Source of the DNA: Planctomycetota bacterium
GTDB taxonomy: Bacteria > Planctomycetota > PLA2 > JAEUHO01
Length of the DNA stretch: 64,000 nucleotides
Direction: 5' to 3'
Assembly (NCBI GenBank): GCA_965223505.1
Contig: CBDCWP010000044.1
Span: forward strand, 1-64,000
Below, piece by piece: positions 54,061-64,000 of this stretch. The notes under the pieces were generated by a model. It ran no database searches. It had not been told where the DNA came from and saw nothing but the letters and a program-made list of their open reading frames with translations. The translations under genes were made by a program, and so were the position numbers. Within the stretch, counting starts at the first letter, position 1. The number at the start of each line of letters is the position of its first letter.

Positions 54061-56148
54061 ATGTATCGAAATCTCTGGGGCCTCGTCGCCATCTTCGCCG
54101 GCGGTCTGGCGGTGGCCCTGCTCATCTTCGGCGCCACCTCGGCGCGCAACGAGCCGCCGGCGGACTTCACGTTCGTCAACGGCACCGAGCCCAAGTCGCT
54201 CGACCCGAACGTCATGACCGGGCAGCCCGAGGGCCGCATCGGCTGGGCCATCTTCGAGGGCCTCACGTATCACGACCCCGAGACCCTGCGCCCCATGCCG
54301 GGCGTGGCCGAGTCGTGGACCATCTCGGAAGACGGGCGTACCTACACGTTCAAGCTCCGCAAGGAAGCCAAGTGGAGCGACGGAGTGCCCATCACCGCCC
54401 ATGACTTCACGTGGTCGTGGCGCCGGCTGCAGGATCCCAAGCTCGGCTCGGAGTACCCGTACATCCAGCACATGATCAAGTACGCCGAGGAGTTCAACAC
54501 GTACGGCGGCCATGTGAAGAGGCTCGAGGGGAAGATCGCCGAGGCGCTCGGCAAGCTGATCAAGCAGACCAACGACGAGGGCGCCGACGGGATCGACGCC
54601 AAGACGTGGGAGGCGTTCGTCAAGGCCAACCACGTCAACGACACCGTGAAGGGCACGCCTGATGCGTGGTTACGCGAGGTGCTCGTGCGCAGGGAGGGCC
54701 GCCTCTCGAATGACGACCTGACCCGCATGCAGGCCGCGCTCGCGACGGAAGCCAAACGGCGAGCCGACGTTCTGCAGGAGGCGAACGAGAAATTCGGTCG
54801 CAGCGGCGGCGTTTTCGCGAAGGACGATCACACGCTGGTGGTCGAGCTGAAGGCGCCGACGCCGTACTTTCTCGAGATCACGACGTTCTACTCGTCGTGT
54901 CCCGTCCCGCGACACGTCGTCGAGAAGAAGGACGCCGACGGCAACGTCATCGAGGGCGAGTACGTCGAGGACTGGTTCACGCCCGGCAAGATCGTCTCCA
55001 ACGGCCCGTTCGTCCTGCACGAGTGGCGCGTCAACGAGAAGATCCGGCTGCACAAGAGCGAGACCTACTGGGGCAAGGACACCATCAAGGTCGACATCAT
55101 CGACGCGCTGCCGATCGAGAACGCGACGACGGGCATGAACCTCTACCTCGCGGGCACGGTGGACTGGATGCCGACGCCGCCGCCGCCGCTCGCGGGCGTG
55201 CTCGCCGAGCGTCCCGAGAAGGACTACTACCTGCGGCCCGGGATGATCGTCTACTACTACCGGCTCAACTGCACGCGCAAGGGACTCACGGACCCGCGCG
55301 TGCGCCTGGCCATCGCCATGTCGATCGACCGCAAGTCGATCGTCGAGAACATCCTCAAGCAGGGCCAGAAGGAGGCCTACCACGTCGTGCCGCCAGGCAT
55401 TCCCGGCTACGAGCCGCCGCCCAGCGCCATCAAGTACGATCCCGAAGCGGCGCGCAAGCTCCTCGCGGACGCCGGGTTCGCCGGGGGCGAGGGCCTCGGC
55501 ACGTTGCGCTTGCTGTTCAACACCAACGAGAGCCACAAGGCCATCGCCGAGGCCGTCACCGATCAGCTGCGGCGCAACCTCGGGATCAAGGTCAATGCCT
55601 ACAACCAGGAGTGGCAGGCGTACCAGGCGAACATGCTCGCGCTCGACTACGACATCGCGCGCGCGGGCTGGATCGGCGACTACCTGGATCCCAACACGTT
55701 CCTCGACATGTGGATCACCAACGGCGGCAACAACCAGACCGGGTGGTCCAACGCGACGTACGACGCGATCCTGCGCTACGCGGCAGACGTCGAGCTGCTC
55801 TTCAAGGAGGACATCGACGGCTTCCTGGCCGGGATGCAGGAGCAGGACCGCTTGCGCGGCTTGATGCAGGCGATGGAAAGCGCTCCCGACACACCGTCGC
55901 GACTGAAGGCCGGCGAGAAGCTGCGCATGCACCTCTTCCGCGAGGCCGAGGCGATCATGTTCGGCCAGGAGATACCGATCATCCCGATCTACTACTACGT
56001 GACCAGCAACCTCGTTCATCCGTACGTGAAGGGCTGGTACGCGGATCTCGAGACCGAGGCCGGCGGCAAGGTGCCGAATCTCCAGGACATTCACCCGCTG
56101 CGCGGCATCGAGATCGACCGCGAGCGCAAGCAGAGGCGCGCACGATGA
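54061..56148 (+). CDS. oppA: Oligopeptide ABC substrate-binding protein
   Basis: NGTEPKSLDP, FEGL, WSDGVPITAHDF, SNGPF and RAGWIGDYLDPNTFL motifs. Confidence 0.92.
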   Translation: MYRNLWGLVAIFAGGLAVALLIFGATSARNEPPADFTFVNGTEPKSLDPNVMTGQPEGRIGWAIFEGLTYHDPETLRPMPGVAESWTISEDGRTYTFKLRKEAKWSDGVPITAHDFTWSWRRLQDPKLGSEYPYIQHMIKYAEEFNTYGGHVKRLEGKIAEALGKLIKQTNDEGADGIDAKTWEAFVKANHVNDTVKGTPDAWLREVLVRREGRLSNDDLTRMQAALATEAKRRADVLQEANEKFGRSGGVFAKDDHTLVVELKAPTPYFLEITTFYSSCPVPRHVVEKKDADGNVIEGEYVEDWFTPGKIVSNGPFVLHEWRVNEKIRLHKSETYWGKDTIKVDIIDALPIENATTGMNLYLAGTVDWMPTPPPPLAGVLAERPEKDYYLRPGMIVYYYRLNCTRKGLTDPRVRLAIAMSIDRKSIVENILKQGQKEAYHVVPPGIPGYEPPPSAIKYDPEAARKLLADAGFAGGEGLGTLRLLFNTNESHKAIAEAVTDQLRRNLGIKVNAYNQEWQAYQANMLALDYDIARAGWIGDYLDPNTFLDMWITNGGNNQTGWSNATYDAILRYAADVELLFKEDIDGFLAGMQEQDRLRGLMQAMESAPDTPSRLKAGEKLRMHLFREAEAIMFGQEIPIIPIYYYVTSNLVHPYVKGWYADLETEAGGKVPNLQDIHPLRGIEIDRERKQRRAR

Positions 56149-57341
56149 CGGGCGCACAGCAGCGCGTTCTCTGGGGCGCGATCGTCGCCGTTCTGGTCTT
56201 CGTTCTGATCGGCGTCTTCATCGGCTGGACCGAGGCCATCCTCGTGACGTTCCTCATGGGGCTGTTGACCGCGACGGCGTGGATGCCGGCTCGCGTGGCG
56301 CGCATCGTCGGCTCGCTCTATCTGGCGTTCGTCGTCGGCATCTTCGGGCGCGTCGCCTGGGGCTTCGTCGGCGGGCTGATCTTCGGCCTCGCCGTCGGGC
56401 TGATCGCCTGGAGGTTCCTGCCGACACGCGTCCAACGGCGCGTCGCGTTCATGATCCCGTCGATGGTGCTGCTCATCTTCGTCACCTGCACGCTGATGTA
56501 CATGGCGCCCGGCTCGCCGTTCGCGCAGGAGCGCGTCACCACGCAGCAAGCGCTCGAGGCGCAGCAAGCACGCTTCAAGATCGAGGCCACGGCGACGGCG
56601 TTCTTCTTCTCCTACATGCACGGCATCGTGCAAGAGGGCACGATGGGACAGGCTGTCAAGGTCCAAGGCCGCACGGTCGAGGAGCTGCTCTTCGATGCGT
56701 TGCCCGTGAGCATGTCGCTGGGGGTGCTGGCGCTCACCATCGCCGTAGCGCTCGGCCTCTTCCTCGGGGTACGAGCCGGGCTGAAACCGAACTCGGTCGC
56801 CGACTACAGCAGCATGGGGCTGGCGATGATCGGCATCTCGCTGCCGAACTTCGTGATCGGCGCGGGCTTCATGATCCTGTTCGCGCTCTCGTGGGGTTGG
56901 CTGCCGGTGGCCGGATGGGGAACCTACGGTCATCTCTTGATGCCCGCGCTCACCCTGGCGCTGCCGTACGCCGCGTACATCGCGCGATTGGCCCGCGGCG
57001 GAACCATCGAGGTCATGCAGCAGGACTTCATCCGCACGGCGCGCGCGAAGGGCCTCTCCGAGCGCGCGGTGGTGCTGAAGCACGCGCTGAAGGGCTCGAT
57101 CCTCCCGGTCGTCTCGTTCCTCGGACCCGCCGCGGCGGGCATCTTCACCGGTTCCTTCGTCATCGAGACGATGTTCGGCATCCCCGGCATGGGGCAGTTC
57201 TTCGTCAAGAGCGCGATCGGCCGCGACTACTCCGTCGTGCTCGGCACCGCGATCATCTACTTCACCATCATCACGATGTTCAACCTGCTGGTCGACATCG
57301 CTTACGCCTGGCTCGACCCGCGCGTTCGGGAGGAGCTCTAA
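56145..57341 (+). CDS. oppB: Oligopeptide ABC permease
   Basis: APGSPF, DFIRTARAKGLS and DIAYAWLDPRV motifs; extra N-terminal TM helices. Confidence 0.9.
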   Translation: MTGAQQRVLWGAIVAVLVFVLIGVFIGWTEAILVTFLMGLLTATAWMPARVARIVGSLYLAFVVGIFGRVAWGFVGGLIFGLAVGLIAWRFLPTRVQRRVAFMIPSMVLLIFVTCTLMYMAPGSPFAQERVTTQQALEAQQARFKIEATATAFFFSYMHGIVQEGTMGQAVKVQGRTVEELLFDALPVSMSLGVLALTIAVALGLFLGVRAGLKPNSVADYSSMGLAMIGISLPNFVIGAGFMILFALSWGWLPVAGWGTYGHLLMPALTLALPYAAYIARLARGGTIEVMQQDFIRTARAKGLSERAVVLKHALKGSILPVVSFLGPAAAGIFTGSFVIETMFGIPGMGQFFVKSAIGRDYSVVLGTAIIYFTIITMFNLLVDIAYAWLDPRVREEL

Positions 57342-58237
57342 TGGCCGCGCCCGACATCATCAAGCAGGCGCCGAAGGGATCGAGCCTGTGGCAGGACGCG
57401 TGGAAGCGCTTGCGCCGCAACAAGCTCGCCATGGCCGGCGGCTTCGTGCTGATCGCGATGATCCTGTTCTGCTTCCTCGGGCCGATGCTGCTCGGGGGCG
57501 ACCACGAGCGGAACGATCTGGTCAACAACTATCAGCCGCCCGGCGAACATGGGGTGTTCGGAACGGACGCGTTGGGCCGTGACTTCTTCGTGCGCGTGCT
57601 GGTGGGCGGACAGACGTCGCTGCTCGTCGGTCTCGCGGCGACGCTCTCCAGCCTGATCATCGGCGTGCTCTACGGATGTATCGCCGGCTACTACGGCGGG
57701 CGTCTCGACGAGATCATGATGCGCATCGTCGACTTCCTGTTCGGCATCCCGTACATGTTCCTCGTCATCCTGCTGATGCTGATGTTCAGCGACGAGAGCC
57801 GCAAGACGAACCCGGTCCCGATCTTCTTCGCACTGGGACTCGTTCAATGGCTCACGATGGCGCGCATCGTGCGCGGCCAGGCGTTGACGATCCGCGGACA
57901 GGAGTACGTGCAGGCCGCGAAGGTGCTCGGCGCCAGCGACGCGCGCATCCTGCTGCGGCATGTGTTGCCGAACGTGATCAGCGTCGTCATCGTCTACGCG
58001 ACGCTGACGGTGCCCGCCGTCATCCTGCTGGAGTCGTTCCTCTCGTACCTCGGCCTCGGCGTGGATCTCTCGTGGGGTGTCCTCGTGTCGGAGGGCGTGC
58101 AGGTCGTCAACCCGATCAAGTCGTACTGGTGGCTGCTGTTCTTCCCCAGCCTGTTCCTCGCCATCACCCTGTTCAGCTTGAACTTCCTCGGCGACGGTCT
58201 GCGAGATGCGCTCGACCCCAAGACGAGAAAGGAGTAG
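57341..58237 (+). CDS. oppC: Oligopeptide ABC permease
   Basis: SLWQDAWKRLRRNKLA, FGTDALGRD and GDGLRDALDPK motifs. Confidence 0.93.
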   Translation: MAAPDIIKQAPKGSSLWQDAWKRLRRNKLAMAGGFVLIAMILFCFLGPMLLGGDHERNDLVNNYQPPGEHGVFGTDALGRDFFVRVLVGGQTSLLVGLAATLSSLIIGVLYGCIAGYYGGRLDEIMMRIVDFLFGIPYMFLVILLMLMFSDESRKTNPVPIFFALGLVQWLTMARIVRGQALTIRGQEYVQAAKVLGASDARILLRHVLPNVISVVIVYATLTVPAVILLESFLSYLGLGVDLSWGVLVSEGVQVVNPIKSYWWLLFFPSLFLAITLFSLNFLGDGLRDALDPKTRKE

Positions 58238-58241
58238 CTCG

Positions 58242-60037
<1,796 letters not shown>

Positions 60038-60041
<4 letters not shown>

Positions 60042-60433
60042 TGCGGCGGGTGGTGGCGACGGAGGGCGCGCCCGCCGCGATCGGTCCGTACAGCCAGGCG
60101 ATCGTCTACGGCGGCATTGTGTACACCGCGGGGCAGATCGCGCTGGACCCCGACGACCTCTCGGGCCCGCTCGTCGGCGCCGGCGACGTCGCCGCCGAGA
60201 CCGAGCAGGTCCTGCAGAACCTGACGAAGGTGCTCCATGCGGCGGGTACGGGCATGGGAAGCGTCCTGCGCTGCGACGTGTTCCTCGCGGACATGGGCGA
60301 CTTCGACGCGATGAACGCCGTGTACGCCCGACACATGCCCGAGGACCCGCCGGCGCGAACGACGGTGCAGGCGGCGGGGCTCCCCCGGGGTGCGCGCGTG
60401 GAGATCGCCGCAATCGCCGCGGTCCCGCAATGA
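60038..60433 (+). CDS. ridA: RidA/YjgF-family imine deaminase
   Basis: APAAIGPYSQA, GQI, MNAVY and PARTTV..LP..VEI motifs. Confidence 0.93.
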
Positions 60434-60473
60434 CCTTCATCCGGTCTTTGGGGGGCCGCGCTAGACTCGGAAC

Positions 60474-61211
60474 GTGACCGAGAGCGCGCCAACCCTGCAC
60501 GTCGTCCTGTTCGATCTCGACGACACGCTGTACAGCACGACGGAGTTCGCGCACCAGGCGCGCCGTAACGCCGTGAAGCAGATGATCGCCCAGGGCTTGC
60601 GAATCTCCGAAGACGAGGCGTTCGCCGAGCTGAGCGAGGTGGTCGCCGAGTTCTCGAGCAACTACGACCAGCACTTCGGGCGCTTGCTGGACCGTCTGGG
60701 GCCCGAGACGTACGAGGGCCGCAATCCCGCCGTGATCATGGCGGCGGGCGTCGTCGGCTATCACCGGACCAAGGCGGGAGGCTTGCGCATGCTGCCCGAC
60801 GTGCGCGAGACGCTCGAGGCGCTGCGCGAGGCCGGGGTGCGCGCGGGCGTGCTCAGCGCCGGGCTGCACGTGAAGCAGGCCGAAAAGCTGATTCGCTTGG
60901 ATGCGCTGCGCTACTTCGACGACGCGGCGATCTTCTTCTCCGACCAGATGGGGGTGAGCAAGCCGAACCCGAAGATCTACGCGAAGGCGTGCGCTGCGTT
61001 GGCGGTGGATCCGGCGTCTGCGATGTACGTGGGGGATCGGCCGACGCACGACATCGAGCCGGCGGCGGGCATCGGGATGAAGACGGTGCACTACACGGGC
61101 GCGTCGGGCGCGCACTGCCAGGCGACGGACGGCATCCGGCCGGACCACATGATCGACGACATGCGCGAGCTGTTGACGATCCTGCGCGACGAGTACGGGG
61201 TCGTCGTCTAA
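60474..61211 (+). CDS. HAD-superfamily hydrolase, subfamily IA
   Basis: FDLDDTL, SKPNP and YVGDRPTHDI motifs. Confidence 0.93.
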   Translation: MTESAPTLHVVLFDLDDTLYSTTEFAHQARRNAVKQMIAQGLRISEDEAFAELSEVVAEFSSNYDQHFGRLLDRLGPETYEGRNPAVIMAAGVVGYHRTKAGGLRMLPDVRETLEALREAGVRAGVLSAGLHVKQAEKLIRLDALRYFDDAAIFFSDQMGVSKPNPKIYAKACAALAVDPASAMYVGDRPTHDIEPAAGIGMKTVHYTGASGAHCQATDGIRPDHMIDDMRELLTILRDEYGVVV

Positions 61212-61292
61212 CGGGCGTGGCGTCGCGCGCAACCGATCTGTTCACGGCGCGCGCAACCCTCGGGCCCGCCCCTACGGGGTGCCGCCGAATTG

Positions 61293-61325
61293 AAAAGGGC
61301 CCGGCGGTCTGCGACCGCCGGGCCC
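61293..61325 (-). terminator. Intrinsic terminator of the secretin gene
   Basis: 13-bp stem GGGCCCGGCGGTC / GACCGCCGGGCCC followed by TTTT on the minus strand. Confidence 0.85.
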
Positions 61326-61344
61326 CGTGATTGTCCAGGCCGGT

Positions 61345-64000
61345 CTACCGACCCATCAGGCGCTCTTCCTGCTCGCTCAGGTCCGTGATGTGCGCGCGGA
61401 CGAGGATCATCAAGTGCGAGATCTCGTCGCTGCGGCCCTTGCGGCTGAACAGGAAGCTCAGCAGCGGAAGCTTGCCCAGGAAGGGCGACTCGCTCTGCCG
61501 GTCCACCGTCGTGATGTTCTTCAGACCACCGATCAGGATCGAGCCGCGGTCCGGGATGCGAACCGTGGTGCGAGCCTGCTGCAAGCGCAACTCGGGCAGC
61601 TGGATGATGACCGGCGCGAACGACGAAGCCAGCGTCGTGGCGAACGTCGGGATCGGCTCGATCAGGTCCGCAACCGTCGGCTGCAGTTCCAGCGTGATGT
61701 AGCGGCGGTCGTTGGAGACCGTCGGGCGCACGTCCAGCGTCAGGCCGTCCTGGATGATGCCGACGATCGGGTCCGCGATGAACGAGGTCTGCGCGACCTC
61801 GACGTCGAAGTCCTGGATGTACGACAGCTGGTTGACGACCGTGAGGTTCGCGCGCTGCGTGTTGTAGACGGTGATCGTCGGAGCGGTCAGCGTCCGCGCC
61901 TTGGCGCTCTTCTCGGTCGCCCGGACGACCATCGAGAACTCGGTGTCGTCGAGGTAGCTCAGCGTGAGCGTCGTGCCACCGACCGACGAGAGCACGTTGC
62001 CGAGCGGACGGTCGAAGATGCCCTCCGTGCGGCCGCGGAAGTCGCCGTCGGCGCCGTCGCCGAAGTAGACACCGGCCGACGGGTTCAGGGCGGCGCCCGT
62101 CGTCAGACCACCACCGTTGTTGTCACGGCCGGCCGACGAGTTGTCCTCGAGGCCGTTCGTCACGTCGTCGAGGTTGACGAGCTGACCCGGCGTCTGGTTG
62201 CCCAGGCCGCGGAAGTCGACGCCCACGTCGCGCAGGAAGTTGTCGCCGACCTCGAGGAAGCGGGTCTCGACCGTCACGACGATGCCGGCGAAACCGCGCA
62301 GGTCGTTCAGGAACTGGTCGACCTTCTCCTGCACCTCGGGGGTGGCCTTCACGACGAGCGCGTGATCGCCCTGGCCGCTGACCTCACCCTCGGAGTTCTC
62401 CCAGAACGCGGGATCGACCGCGCCCTTGATGAGCTCGATGAGCTCGTCGATCTGCCCGTAGGGGTAGATGGGCTCTTCACCCTCGGCGCCGAACAGCGGG
62501 TTCTCTTCGTCCGACACGTCGTCGGGGCTCACCAGCTGGATCTTCGGCGGGATGAAGTCCGTGAGACCGCTCGTCAGGTCGGCGACCGAGTGGATCTGCA
62601 CGACGAGGTTCTTCGCCAGCAGGTCCTTGCGCGTGAACTTGATCACGTTGCCCTGCGTCGTCCAGACGATCTCGTCGCCGGCGTACGCCTGCAGCAGGTT
62701 CAAGACGGTTCCCATCGCCACGTCCTGCATGTGCAGGCCCTGGACCGGGTTCTCGTTGATGTCCGCGGCGACGCGGTTGTCGATCATGATGTTGTAGCCG
62801 GTCTGGATCTGAAGGGTCTGCACGACCTGCTGGAACTCCTGGTTGTCCACCGAGATGTTCACCGAGGTGCCGTTGACCTTCTTCTTCAGCGCGGCGGCTT
62901 CCGCATCGACCTCGAAGTTCCCGAACTGCGGGCGGGTGCGCTTGCGGATTTCCGTGATGTCGTCCCAGAACTTCTGCGACGGCCAGACGAGGATCTTGTC
63001 CTGCGGGACGCGCGTGTTCGTGATGTCGTTCATCCACTCGCGGAACCGCAGCTTCTCCTCGCGGAGATAGTCGTTCTCGTACTGCGCGTGCGACGCGCGG
63101 TTCGAAGCGAGCTGGAGGTCCTTGGCCTTCGTGTTGTCAGGCTGCTCGTTGAGGACGAGACCGGCGTAGTAGCCGGCCTTCTCGAAGTCGTCGCGGCCGA
63201 AGGCCTCGACGCCGGCGCCCATCCAGCTCTCCAGACGACGCATCTGCGCCATCAGCTGCTCTTCCTCGGCCATCGCCTGGTCCTGCAGGCTGCCTTCGAT
63301 GGCGCGGCGGCGGGCGGCCGCCTCCTCCGCTTCCTTGAGCGACTGCGCGTTGCGCAGGCCGTTGGAGGTCTCCTGCTCGAGCTCGCCCCAGTCGATGTCG
63401 TAGGGCGAAGCCGTCATGATGAACAGCGACTGCTCGAAGTTCTCGATCGCGTCGTCGAAGCGACCGTTGGCCAGGTGCATGCGGCCGAGGTTGCTGAGCT
63501 GCGCGGCCTTGGTCTTCTGCTCGTCGATGCGCACCTTGGCGATCATGGCCTGCTGGTCGGCGTAGCCGAGCGCGCTGCTGCGGCGGCGACCCAAGAGGTC
63601 CTCGACGATGCGCAGCTCGTGGACGACGTCACGGTTGCCGGGCTGGAGCTTGCGCGCCTCGAGCAAGAGCTTCTCGGCCTTCGCGTACTCGTAGTTGTCG
63701 ACGTGGACGCGGGCGGCCTCGAGCTTCTGGCGAACGAGGAAGCGCGCGCGATCCTGCTCGACCGCGTTGCGGCGGCTGATCTCGTCGGCGAACCCCTCCG
63801 CATCCGGACCGGCGGGCGCGGCCGGCTCTTCGGCCGTCGGCTCGGCGGGCGCCGGCTCGGCAGGCACCGGCTCTTCTTCCGGCGCCGGTGCGGCCGGTTC
63901 CTCTTCCGGCATGGCGGCCGGCTCTTCGGCGACGGCCGGCGTCTCACCGGCGGGACCGTCGACGACGCGCGAGCTCACCACGTCGCCGGGCTTGTCGGCG
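61345..64000 (-). CDS. Secretin (GspD/PilQ-like) with TPR-like N-terminal region; 5' end is outside the window
   Basis: VTVETRFLEV, APTITVYNTQRA, GLTLDVRPTVS, TTVRIPDRGSILIGG and PFLGKLPLLSFLF motifs. The frame is open to the window edge. Confidence 0.92.
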   Translation of the reverse strand, partial: ADKPGDVVSSRVVDGPAGETPAVAEEPAAMPEEEPAAPAPEEEPVPAEPAPAEPTAEEPAAPAGPDAEGFADEISRRNAVEQDRARFLVRQKLEAARVHVDNYEYAKAEKLLLEARKLQPGNRDVVHELRIVEDLLGRRRSSALGYADQQAMIAKVRIDEQKTKAAQLSNLGRMHLANGRFDDAIENFEQSLFIMTASPYDIDWGELEQETSNGLRNAQSLKEAEEAAARRRAIEGSLQDQAMAEEEQLMAQMRRLESWMGAGVEAFGRDDFEKAGYYAGLVLNEQPDNTKAKDLQLASNRASHAQYENDYLREEKLRFREWMNDITNTRVPQDKILVWPSQKFWDDITEIRKRTRPQFGNFEVDAEAAALKKKVNGTSVNISVDNQEFQQVVQTLQIQTGYNIMIDNRVAADINENPVQGLHMQDVAMGTVLNLLQAYAGDEIVWTTQGNVIKFTRKDLLAKNLVVQIHSVADLTSGLTDFIPPKIQLVSPDDVSDEENPLFGAEGEEPIYPYGQIDELIELIKGAVDPAFWENSEGEVSGQGDHALVVKATPEVQEKVDQFLNDLRGFAGIVVTVETRFLEVGDNFLRDVGVDFRGLGNQTPGQLVNLDDVTNGLEDNSSAGRDNNGGGLTTGAALNPSAGVYFGDGADGDFRGRTEGIFDRPLGNVLSSVGGTTLTLSYLDDTEFSMVVRATEKSAKARTLTAPTITVYNTQRANLTVVNQLSYIQDFDVEVAQTSFIADPIVGIIQDGLTLDVRPTVSNDRRYITLELQPTVADLIEPIPTFATTLASSFAPVIIQLPELRLQQARTTVRIPDRGSILIGGLKNITTVDRQSESPFLGKLPLLSFLFSRKGRSDEISHLMILVRAHITDLSEQEERLMGR

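Noticed and set aside
61212..61290. Intact REP or ncRNA downstream of the HAD gene
   Set aside because: Only a GCCCCTAC end and an 11-nt direct repeat (CGCGCGCAACC) are present, with no full palindrome.

Overview
High-GC bacterial chromosomal window. The gene content (DUF1573 protein, c554-type multiheme cytochrome, CRTAC1/ASPIC protein, TPR-secretin, giant GspK-like protein, several ECF sigma factors) suggests Planctomycetota, but this is an inference. It holds about 45 mostly housekeeping or envelope CDSs. These include glmS, efp, murJ, an lptD-like gene, coaD, ridA, two peptide ABC clusters, an RsbW/RsbU pair, two divergent ECF sigma modules, lipid A-related acyltransferases, alpha-2-macroglobulin plus a YfaP-like gene, a CHASE2 cyclase-SH3-M48-phosphodiesterase module and a secretin. 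The best-supported discovery is an IS110-family (IS1111-type) element at 25535-26893 inserted exactly into a GTAG-type REP palindrome with a duplicated 2-nt core. Its downstream non-coding end contains four short motifs matching the target and donor flanks in the order expected of a bridge/seek RNA. Other notable items are REPs whose GTAG feet coincide with stop codons, a ~1960-aa GspK-like protein with repeated virion-like modules, a catalytically dead HtrA, an SxxS double-thioredoxin lipoprotein, a 30-aa membrane microprotein, a four-helix-bundle gene embedded in repeats, and a frameshift-dense 2-kb stretch that is probably sequencing error.
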